From contig CAIIXF020000001.1 of the NCBI GenBank assembly GCA_903813345.2, positions 24,862,001 to 24,926,000 of the forward strand: a stretch of 64,000 nucleotides of DNA, given 5' to 3'. The translations under genes and the position numbers were made by a program. This DNA is from Owenia fusiformis (lineage: Eukaryota). Shown piece by piece: positions 51,723-64,000 of the stretch. Within the stretch, counting starts at the first letter, position 1. Every line of letters begins with the position of its first letter. Below the pieces are notes generated by a model. The model did not search any database. It was not told the origin of the DNA and was given only the letters and a program-made list of their open reading frames with translations.

Positions 51723-54700
51723 ATATGGCTGATGTTACAACAACAGTAGCTGACACAACTACAGTGGCTGACGCAACCATGGCAGATACTACATCAGCAG
51801 ATGCTACAACTACAGTGACTGACACAACTACAGCTTATGCTACAACAACAGTTGTTGATGCAACAACGGCTGATGCTACAACAACAGTAACTGACACAAC
51901 TACAGTGGCTGATGCAACTACGGCAGATACTACAGCAGCTGATGCTACAACTACAGTGGCTGACACAACTACAGCTGATGCTACAACAACAGTTGCTGAT
52001 GCAACAACGGCTGATATTACAACAACAGTTGCTGACACAACTACAGTGGCTGACGCAACTACGGCAGATACTACAGCAGCTGATGCTACAACTACAGTGG
52101 CTGACACAACTACAGCTGATGCAACAACAACAGTTGCTGATGCAACAACGGCTGATGTTACAACAACAGTAGCTGACACAACTACAGTGGCTGATGCAAC
52201 TACGGCAGATACTACAGCAGCTGATGCTACAACAACATTAGCTGATGCAACAACGGCTGATGTTACAACAACAGTAGCTGATGCAACAACGGCTGATGTT
52301 ACAACAACAGTAGCTGACACAATTACAGTGGCTGAAACAACTACAGCAGATACTACAGCAGCTGATGCTACAACTACAGTGGCTGACACAACTGCAGCTG
52401 ATGCTACAACAACAGTTGCTGATGTAACAACAGCTGATGTTACAGCAACAGTTGCTGACACAACTACAGTGGCTGACGCAACTACGGCATATACTACAGC
52501 AGCTGATGCTACAACTACAGTGGCTGACACAACTTCAGCTGATGCTACTACAACAGTTGCTGATGCAACAACGGCTGATGTTACAACAACAGTAGCTGAC
52601 ACAACTACAGTGGCTGACGCAACTACGGCAGATACTACAGCAGCTGATGCTACAACTACAGTGGCTGACACAACTACAGCTGATGCTACTACAACAGTTG
52701 CTGATGCAACAACGGCTGATGTTACAACAACAGTTGCTGACACAACTACAGTGGCTGACGCAACTACGGCAGATACTACAGCAGCTGATGCTACAACAAC
52801 ACTAGCTGATGCAACAACGGCTGATGTTACAACAACAGTAGCTGGTGCAACAACGGCTGATGTTACAACAACAGTAGCTGACACAACTACAGTGGCTGAC
52901 GCAACTACGGCAGATACTACAGCAGCTGATGCTACAAGTACAGTGGCTGACACAACTACAGCTGATGCTGCAACAACGGCTGATGTTACAACAACAGTAG
53001 CTGATACAACTACAGCTGATGCTACTACAACAGTTGCTGATGCAACAACGGCTGATGTTACAACAACAGTTGCTGACACAACTACAGTGGCTGACGCAAC
53101 TACGGCAGATACAACAGCAGCTGATGCTACAACTACAGTGGCTGACACAACTACAGCTGATGCTACAACAACAGTTGCTGATGCAACAACGGCTGATGTT
53201 ACAACGACAGTAGCTGACACAGCTACAGTGGCTGACGCAACTACGGCAGATTCAACAGCAGCTGATGCTACAACTACAGTGGCTGACACAACTTCAGCTG
53301 ATGCTACAACTACAGTTGCTGATGCAACAACGGCTGATGTTACAACAACAGTTGCTGACACAACAACAGTTGCTGACGCAACTACGGCTGATGTTACAAC
53401 AACAGTTGCTGACACAACTACAGTGGCTGACGCAACTACGGCAGATACTACAGCAGCTGATGCTACAAGTACAGTTGATGCTACAAGTACAGCTGATGCT
53501 ACAACAACAGTTGCTGATGCAACAACGGCTGATGTTACAACAACAATAGCTGACACAACTACAGTGGCTGACGCTACTACGGCAGATACAACAGCAGCTG
53601 ATGCTACAACTACAGTCGCTGACACAACTTCAGCTGATGCTACAACTACAGTTGCTGATGCAACAACGGCTGATGTTACAACAACAGTTGCTGACACAAC
53701 TACAGTTGCTGACGCAACTACGGCTGATGTAACAACAACAGTAGCTGACACAACTACAGTGGCTGACACAAATACGGCAGATACAACAGCAGCTGATGCT
53801 ACAAGTACAGTGGCTGACACAACTACAGCTGATGCTACAACAACAGTTGCTGATGCAACAACGGCTGATGTTACAACAACAGTAGCTGACACAACTACAG
53901 TTGCTGATGCAACAGCGGCTGATGTTACAACAACAGTTGCTGACACAACTACAGTGGCTGACGCAACTACGGCATATACTACAGCAGCTGATGCTACAAC
54001 TACAGTGGCTGACACAACTACAGCTGATGCTGCAACAACAGTTGCTGATGCAACAACGGCTGATGTTACAACAACAGTAGCTGATACAACTACAGCTGAT
54101 GCTACTACAACAGTTGCTGATGCAACAACGGCTGATGTTACAACAACAGTTGCTGACACAACTACAGTGGCTGACGCAACTACGGCAGATACAACAGCAG
54201 CTGATGCTACAACTACAGTGGCTGACACAACTACAGGTGATGCTACAACAACAGTTGCTGATGCAACAACGGCTGATGTTACAACAACAGTAGCTGACAC
54301 AGCTACAGTGGCTGACGCAACTACGGCAGATACAACAGCAGCTGATGCTACAACTACAGTGGCTGACACAACTTCAGCTGATGCTACAACTACAGTTGCT
54401 GATGCAACAACGGCTGATGTTACAACAACAGTTGCTGACACAACAACAGTTGCTGACGCAACTACGGCTGATGTTACAACAACAGTTGCTGACACAACTA
54501 CAGTGGCTGACGCAACTACGGCAGATACTACAGCAGCTGATGCTACAAGTACAGTTGATGCTACAAGTACAGCTGATGCTACAACAACAGTTGCTGATGC
54601 AACAACGGCTGATGTTACAACAACAATAGCTGACACAACTACAGTGGCTGACGCTACTACGGCAGATACAACAGCAGCTGATGCTACAACTACAGTCGCT

Positions 54701-57700
54701 GACACAACTTCAGCTGATGCTACAACTACAGTTGCTGATGCAACAACGGCTGATGTTACAACAACAGTTGCTGACACAATTACAGTTGCTGACGCAACTA
54801 CGGCTGATGTAACAACAACAGTAGCTGACACAACTACAGTGGCTGACGCAAATACGGCAGATACAACAGCAGCTGATGCTACAAGTACAGTGGCTGACAC
54901 AACTACAGCTGATGCTACAACAACAGTTGCTGATGCAACAACGGCTGATGTTACAACAACAGTAGCTGACACAACTACAGTTGCTGATGCAACAACGGCT
55001 GATGTTACAACAACAGTTGCTGACACAACTACAGTTGCTGATGCAACAACGGCTGATGTTACAACAACAGTTGCTGACACAACAACAGTGGCTGACGCAA
55101 CTACGGCAGATACAACAGCAGCTGATGCTACAACTACAGTGGCTGACACAACTACAGCTGATGCTACAACAACAGTTGCTGATGCAACAACGGCTGATGT
55201 TACAACAACAGTAGCTGACACAGCTACAGTGGCTGACGCAACTACGGCAGATACAACAGCAGCTGATGCTACAACTACAGTGGCTGACACAACTTCAGCT
55301 GATGCTACAACAACAGTTGCTGATGCAACAACGGCTGATGTTACAACAACAGTTGCTGACACAACTACAGTGGTTGACGCAACTACGGCAGATACATCAG
55401 CAGCTGATGCTACAACTACAGTGGCTGACACAACTACAGCTGATGCTACAATAACAGTTTCTGATGCAACAACGGCTGATGTTACAACAACAGTTGCTGA
55501 CACAACTACAGTGGCTGACGCAACTACGGCAGATACTACAGCAGCTGATGCTACAAGTACAGTGGCTGACACAACTACAGCTGATGCTGCAACAACAGTT
55601 GCTGATGCAACAACGGCTGATGTTACAACAACAGTAGCTGATACAACTACAGCTGATGCTACTACAACAGTTGCTGATGCAACAACGGCTGATGTTACAA
55701 CAACAGTTGCTGACACAACTACAGTGGCTGACGCAACTACGGCAGATACAACAGCAGCTGATGCTACAACTACAGTGGCTGACACAACTACAGCTGATGC
55801 TACAACAACAGTTGCTGATGCAACAACGGCTGATGTTACAACAACAGTAGCTGACACAGCTACAGTGGCTGACGCAACTACGGCAGATACAACAGCAGCT
55901 GATGCTACAACTACAGTGGCTGACACAACTTCAGCTGATGCTACAACTACAGTTGCTGATGCAACAACGGCTGATGTTACAACAACAGTTGCTGACACAA
56001 CAACAGTTGCTGACGCAACTACGGCTGATGTTACAACAACAGTTGCTGACACAACTACAGTGGCTGAAGCAACTACGGCAGATACTACAGCAGCTGATGC
56101 TACAAGTACAGTTGATGCTACAAGTACAGCTGATGCTACAACAACAGTTGCTGATGCAACAACGGCTGATGTTACAACAACAATAGCTGACACAACTACA
56201 GTAGCTGACGCTACTACGGCAGATACAACAGCAGCTGATGCTACAACTACAGTCGCTGACACAACTTCAGCTGATGCTACAACTACAGTTGCTGATGCAA
56301 CAACGGCTGATGTTACAACAACAGTTGCTGACACAACTACAGTTGCTGACGCAACTACGGCTGATGTAACAACAACAGTAGCTGACACAACTACAGTGGC
56401 TGACGCAAATACGGCAGATACAACAGCAGCTGATGCTACAAGTACAGTGGCTGACACAACTACAGCTGATGCTACAACAACAGTTGCTGATGCAACAACG
56501 GCTGATGTTACAACAACAGTAGCTGACACAACTACAGTTGCTGATAAAACAACGGCTGATGTTACAATAACAGTTGCTGACACAACTACAGTGGCTGACG
56601 CAACTACGGCATATACTACAGCAGCTGATGCTACAACTACAGTGGCTGACACAACTACAGCTGATGCTGCAACAACAGTTGCTGATGCAACAACGGCTGA
56701 TGTTACAACAACAGTAGCTGATACAACTACAGCTGATGCTACTACAACAGTTGCTGATGCAACAACGGCTGATGTTACAACAACATTTGCTGACACAACT
56801 ACAGTGGCTGACGCAACTACGGCAGATACAACAGCAGCTGATGCTACAACTACAGTGGCTGACACAACTACAGGTGATGCTACAACAACAGTTGCTGATG
56901 CAACAACGGCTGATGTTACAACAACAATAGCTGACACAACTACAGTGGCTGACGCTACTACGGCAGATACAACAGCAGCTGATGCTACAAGTACAGTTGA
57001 TTCTACAAGTACAGCTGATGCTACAACAACAGTTGCTGACACAACTACAGTGCCTGACGCAACTACGGCAGATATAACAGCAGCTGATGCTACAACTACA
57101 GTGGCTGACACAACTACAGCTGATGCAACAACAACAGTTGCTGATGCAACAACGGCTGATGTAACAACAACAGTAGCTGACACAACTACAGTGGCTGACG
57201 CAACTACGGCAGATACAACAGCAGCTGATGCTACAACTACAGTGGCTGACACAACTACAGCTGATGCTACAACAACAGTTGCTGATGCAACAACGGCTGA
57301 TGTTACAACAACAGTAGCTGACACAACTACAGTTGCTGATGCAACAACGGCTGATGTTACAACAACAGTTGCTGACACAACTACATTGGCTGACGCAACT
57401 ACGGCAGATACTACAGCAGCTGATGCTACAACTGCAGTGGCTGACACAACTACAGCTGATGCAACAACAACAGTTGCTGATGCAACAACGGCTGATGTAA
57501 CAACAACAGTAGCTGACACAACTACAGTGGCTGACGCAACTACGGCAGATACAACAGCAGCTGATGCTACAACTACAGTGGCTGACACAACTACAGCTGA
57601 TGCTACAACAACAGTTGCTGATGCAACAACGACTGATGTTACAACAACAGTAGCTGACACAACTACAGTTGCTGATGCAACAACGGCTGATGTTACAACA

Positions 57701-60700
57701 ACAGTTGCTGACACTACAACAGTGGCATACGCAACTACGGCAGATACTACAGCAGCTGATGCTACAAGTACAGTGGCTGACACAACTTCAGCTGATGCTA
57801 CAACTACAGTTGCTGATGGAACAACGGCTGATGTTACAACAACAGTTGCTGACACAACAACAGTTGCTGACTCAACTACGGCTGATGTTACAACAACAGT
57901 TGCTGACACAACTACAGTGGCTGACGCAACTACGGCAGATACTACAGCAGCTGATGCTACAAGTACAGTTGATGCTACAAGTACAGCTGATGCTACAACA
58001 ACAGTTGCTGATGCAACAACGGCTGATGTTACAACAACAATAGCTGACACAACTACAGTGGCTGACGCTACTACGGCAGATACAACAGCAGCTGATGCTA
58101 CAACTACAGTCGCTGACACAACTTCAGCTGATGCTACAACTACAGTTGCTGATGCAACAACGGCTGATGTTACAACAACAGTTGCTGACACAATTACAGT
58201 TGCTGACGCAACTACGGCTGATGTAACAACAACAGTAGCTGACACAACTACAGTGGCTGACGCAAATACGGCAGATACAACAGCAGCTGATGCTACAAGT
58301 ACAGTGGCTGACACAACTACAGCTGATGCTACAACAACAGTTGCTGATGCAACAACGGCTGATGTTACAACAACAGTAGCTGACACAACTACAGTTGCTG
58401 ATGCAACAACGGCTGATGTTACAACAACAGTTGCTGACACAACTACAGTTGCTGATGCAACAACGGCTGATGTTATAACAACAGTTGCTGACACAACAAC
58501 AGTGGCTGACGCAACTACGGCAGATACTACAGCAGCTGATGCTACAACTACAGTGGCTGACACAACTACAGCTGATGCTACAACAACAGTTGCCGATGCA
58601 ACAACGGCTGATGTTACAACAACAGTAGCTGACACAGCTACAGTGGCTGACGCAACTACGGCAGATACAACAGCAGCTGATGCTACAACTACAGTGGCTG
58701 ACACAACTTCAGCTGATGCTACAACTACAGTTGCTGATGCAACAGCGGCTGATGTTACAACAACAGTTGCTGACACAACTACAGTTGCTGACGCAACTAC
58801 GGCTGATGTTGCAACAACAGTTGCTGACACAACTACAGTGGCTGACGCAACTACGGCAGATACTACAGCAGCTGATGCTACAAGTACAGTTGATTCTACA
58901 AGTACAGCTGATGCTACAACAACAGTTGCTGACACAACTACAGTGCCTGACGCAACTACGGCAGATACAACAGCAGCTGATGCTACAACTACAGTGGCTG
59001 ACACAACTTCAGCTGATGCTACAACTACAGTTGCTGATGCAACAACGGCTGGTGTTACAACAACAGTAGCTGACACAACTACAGTGACTGACACAACTAC
59101 AGCATATACAACAGAAGCTGATGCTACAACTACATTGGCTGACACAACTTCAGCTGATGCTACAACACCAGTTGCTGATGCAACAACGGCTGATGTTACA
59201 ACAACAGTTGCTGACACAACTACAGTGCCTGACGCAACTACGGCAGATACAACAGCAGCTGATGCTACAACTACAGTGGCTGACACAACTTCAGCTGATG
59301 CTACAACTACAGTTGCTGATGCAACAGCGGCTGATGTTACAACAACAGTTGCTGACACAACTACAGTTGCTGACGCAACTACGGCTGATGTTGCAACAAC
59401 AGTTGCTGACACAACTACAGTGGCTGACGCAACTACGGCAGATACTACAGCAGCTGATGCTACAAGTACAGTTGATTCTACAAGTACAGCTGATGCTACA
59501 ACAACAGTTGCTGATGCAACAACGGCTGATGTTACAACAACAATAGCTGACACAACTACAGTGGCTGACGCAACTACGGCAGATACAACAGCAGCTGATG
59601 CTACAACTACAGTCGCTGACACAACTTCAGCTGATGCTACAACTACAGTTGCTGATGCAACAACGGCTGATGTTACAACAACAGTTGCTGACACAACTAC
59701 ATTGGCTGACGCAACTACGGCAGATACTACAGCAGCTGATGCTACAACTGCAGTGGCTGACACAACTACAGCTGATGCAACAACAACAGTTGCTGATGCA
59801 ACAACGGCTGATGTAACAACAACAGTAGCTGACACAACTACAGTGGCTGACGCAACTACGGCAGATACAACAGCAGCTGATGCTACAACTACAGTGGCTG
59901 ACACAACTACAGCTGATGCTACAACAACAGTTGCTGATGCAACAACGGCTGATGTTATAACAACAGTAGCTGACACAACTACAGTTGCTGATGCAACAAC
60001 GGCTGATGTTACAACAACAGTTGCTGACACTACAACAGTGGCATACGCAACTACGGCAGATACTACAGCAGCTGATGCTACAAGTACAGTGGCTGACACA
60101 ACCACAGCTGATGCTACAACAACAGTTGCTGATGCAACAACGGCTGATGTTACAACAACAGAAGCTGACACAACTACAGTGGCTGACGCAACTACGGCAG
60201 ATACAACAGCAGCTGATGCTACAACTACAGTGGCTGACACAACCTCAGCTGATGCTACAACTACAGTGGCTGACACAACTACAGCTGATGCTTCAACATC
60301 AGTTGCTGATGCAACAACAGCTGATGTTACAACAACAGTAGCTGACACAACTACAGTTGCTGACGCAACTACGGCAGATACTACAGCAGCTGATGCTACA
60401 ACTACAGTGGCTGACACAACTACAGCTGATGCTACAACAACAGTTGCTGATGCAACAACGGCTGATGTTACAACAACAGTAGCTGAGACAACTACAGTGG
60501 CTGACACAATTACCGCAGATACTACAGCAGCTGATGCTACAACTACAGTGGCTGACACAACTACAGCTGATGCTACTACAACAGTTGCTGATGCAACAAC
60601 GGCTGATGTTACAACAACAGTTGCTGACACAACTACAGTGGCTGACGCAACTACGGTAGATACAACAGCAGCTGATGCTACAACTACAGTGGCTGACACA

Positions 60701-63700
60701 ACTTCAGCTGATGCTACAACAACAGTTGCTGATGCAACAACAGCTGATATTACAACAACAGTAGCTTACACAACCACAGTGGCTGACGCAACTACGGCAG
60801 ACACTACAGCAGCTGATGCTGCAACTACAGTGGCTGACACAACTACAGCTGATGCTACAACAACAGTTGCTGATGCAACAACGGCTGATGTTACAACAAC
60901 AATAGCTGACACAACTACAGTGGCTGACGCAACTACGGCAGATACAACAGCAGCTGATGCTACAGGTACAGTCGCTGACACAACTACAGCTGATGCCACA
61001 ACAACAGCTGCTGATGCATTAACAGCTGATATTACAACAACAGTAGCTGACACAACTACAGTGGCTGACGCAACTACGGCAGATACTACAGCAGCTGATG
61101 CTACAACAACACTTGCTGATGCAACAACGGCTGATGTTACAACAACAGTAGCTGATGCAACTACAGTGGCTGACGCAACTACGGTAGATACTACAGCAGC
61201 TGATGCTACAACTACAGTGGCTGACACAACTACAGCTGATTCTACAACAACAGTTGCTGATGCAACAACGGCTGATGTTACAACAACAGTAGCTGACACA
61301 ACTACAGTGACTGACACAACTACAGCATATACAACAGCAGCTGATGCTACAACTACATTGGCTGACACAACTTCAGCTGATGCTACAACACCAGTTGCTG
61401 ATGCAACAACGGCTGATGTTACAACAACAGTTGCTGACACAACTACAGGGCCTAACGCAACTACGGCAGATACAACAGCAGCTGATGCTACAACTACAGT
61501 GGCTGACACAACTACAGCTGATGCTACAACAACAGTTGCTGATGCAACAACGGCTGATGTTACAACAACAGTAGCTGACACAACTACAGCAGATACAACA
61601 GCAGCTGATGCTACAACTACAGTGGCTGACACAGCTTCAGCTGATGCTACAACAACAGTTGCTGATGCAACAACGGCTGATGTTACAACAACAGTTGCTG
61701 ACACAACTACAGTGGCTGACGCAACTACGGCAGATACTACAGCAGCTGATGCTACATATACAGTGGCTGACACAACTACAGCTGATGCTACAACAACAGT
61801 TGCTGATGCAACAACGGCTGATGTAACAACAACAGTAGCTGACACAACTACAGTGGCTGGCGCAACTACGGCAGATACAACAGCAGCTGATGCTACAAGT
61901 ACAGTGGCTGACACAACTACAGCTGATGCTACAACAACAGTTGATGATGCAACAACAGCTGATATTACAACAACGGTAGATTACACAACCACAGTGGCTG
62001 ACGCAACTACGGCAGATACTACAGCAGCTGATGCTACAACTACAGTGGCTGACACAACTAAAGCTGATGCTACAACAACAGTTGCTGATGCAACAACGGC
62101 TGATGTTACAACAACAGTAGCTGACACAACCACAGTGGCTGATGCAACTACGGCAGATACTACAGCAGCTGATGCTACAAGTACAGTGGCTGACACAACT
62201 ACAGCTGATGCCACAGCAACAGCTGCTGATGCATTAACAGCTGATATTACAACAACAGTAGCTGACACAACTACAATGGCTGACGCAACTACGGCAGATA
62301 CTACAGCAGCTGATGCTACAACAACACTTGCTGATGCAACAACGGCTGATGTTACAACAACAGTAGCTGATGCAACTACAGTGGCTGACGCAACTACGGT
62401 AGATACTACAGCAGCTGATGCTACAACTACAGTGGCTGACACGACTACAGCTGATTCTACAACAACAGTTGCTGATGCAACACCGGCTGGTGTTACAACA
62501 ACAGTAGCTGACACAACTACAGTGACTGACACAACTACAGCATATACAACAGCAGCTGATGCTACAACTACATTGGCTGACACAACTTCAGCTGATGCTA
62601 CAACACCAGTTGCTGATGCAACAACGGCTGATGTTACAACAACAGTTGCTGACACAACTACAGTGCCTGACGCAACTACGGCAGATACTACAGCAGCTGA
62701 TGCTACAACTACAGTGGCTGACACAACTACAGCTGATGCTACAACAACAGTTGCTGATGCAACAACGGCTGATGTTACAACAACAGTAGCTGACACAACT
62801 ACAGCAGATACAACAGCAGCTGATGCTGCAACTACAGTGGCTGACACAACTTCAGCTGATGCTACAACAACAGTTGCTGATGCAACAACGGCTGATGTTA
62901 CAACAACAGTTGCTGACACAACTACAGTGGCTGACGCAACTACGGCAGATACTACAGCAGCTGATGCTACATCTTCAGTGGCTGACACAACTACAGCTGA
63001 TGCTACAACAACAGTTGCTGATGCAACAACGGCTGATGTAAAAACAACAGTAGCTGACACAACTACAGTGGCTGTCGCAACTACGGCAGATACAACAGCA
63101 GCTGATGCTACAACTACAGTGGCTGAGACAACTACAGCTGATGCTACAACAACAGTTGCTGATGCAACAACGGCTGATGTTACAACAACAGTGGCTGACA
63201 CAACTACAGTGGCTGACGCAACTACAGTGGCTGACGCAACTACGGCAGATACTACAACAGCTGATGCTACAAGTACAGTGGCTGACACAACTACAGCTGA
63301 TGCTACAACAACAGTTGCTGATGCAACAACGGCTGATGTTACAACAACAGTAGCTGACACAACTACAGTGGCTGACGCAATTACGGCAGATACTACAGCA
63401 GCTGATGCTACAACTACAGTAGCTGACACAACTACAGTGGCTGACACAACTACAGCAGATACAACAGCAGCTGATGCTACAACTACAGTGGCTGACACAA
63501 CTTCAGCTGATGCTACAACAACAGTTGCTGATGCAACAACGGCTGATGTTACAACAACAGTTGCTGACACAACTACAGTGGCTGACGCAACTACGGCACA
63601 TACTACAGCAGCTGATGCTACAACTACAGTGGCTGACACAACTACAGCTGATGCTACAACAACAGTTGCTGATGCAACAACGGCTGATGTTACAACAACA

Positions 63701-64000
63701 GTAGCTGACACAACTACAGTGGCTGAGGCAACTACGGCAGATACAACAGCAGTTGATGCTACAACTACAGTGGCTGACACAACTTCAGCTGATGCTACAA
63801 CTACAGTGGCTGACACAACTACAGCTGATGCTACAACAACAGTTGCTGATGCAACAACGGCTGATGTTACAACAACAATAGCTGACACAACTACTGTGGC
63901 TGACGCAACTACGGCAGATACAACAGCAGCTGATGCTACAACTACAGTCGCTGACACAACTTCAGCTGATGCTACAACTACAGTTGCTGATGCAACAACG
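51723..64000 (+). CDS. Giant coding exon B (at least 4,092 codons, runs off the window) of the same Thr/Ala/Asp/Val repeat family
   Basis: Acceptor CATTTATTTGAAG|AT ATG GCT GAT (phase 1) lies exactly at the repeat start. The frame at 51725 equals the frame at 63998, and all antisense shadow ORFs keep one register. It is probably missing from the ORF track because no stop is reached. Confidence 0.8.

Noticed and set aside
25175-63704. Many short Gln/Leu-rich + strand ORFs
   Set aside because: Alternative-frame translations of the same repeat, ending at recurrent stops.
25110-63957. Very long antisense Val/Ala/Ser/Thr ORFs (up to 2954 aa) and Cys/Ser-rich antisense ORFs
   Set aside because: These are shadows of the coding repeat. 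They are broken by stops (e.g. 27138, 29316, 30792, 32802, 40545, 60766, 61981) while the + frame is not, and the splice and promoter signals are on the + strand. Caveat: + frame codons are rarely one mutation from a stop, so this asymmetry alone is weak evidence.

Overview
AT-rich animal genomic DNA, probably an invertebrate (inferred from spliceosomal signals and the transposon types). The main features are two very large + strand coding tandem arrays: 25169-41662 (about 5,500 codons) and 51723 to beyond 64000 (at least 4,090 codons, open at the window edge). Both encode a nearly Pro-free and Cys-free, acidic Thr/Ala/Asp/Val protein built from a 47-aa (141-bp) unit. Both start at phase-1 splice acceptors. 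Between them are a TATA box, an initiator and a short phase-1 signal-peptide-like exon (48644-48733), which points to one or two giant secreted mucin-like glycoproteins. Most of the remainder is transposon-derived: a 5'-truncated Ty3/Gypsy-type gag-protease ORF with no RT or integrase, followed by a PPT and an approximately 1.95-kb LTR; a decayed CR1-like LINE; a decayed mariner; several foldback/MITE elements; two Helentron-type non-autonomous elements (one carrying a dimeric 162-bp satellite); and a three-level nest of DNA transposons just after the first array. All calls were made by eye, with no database searches.
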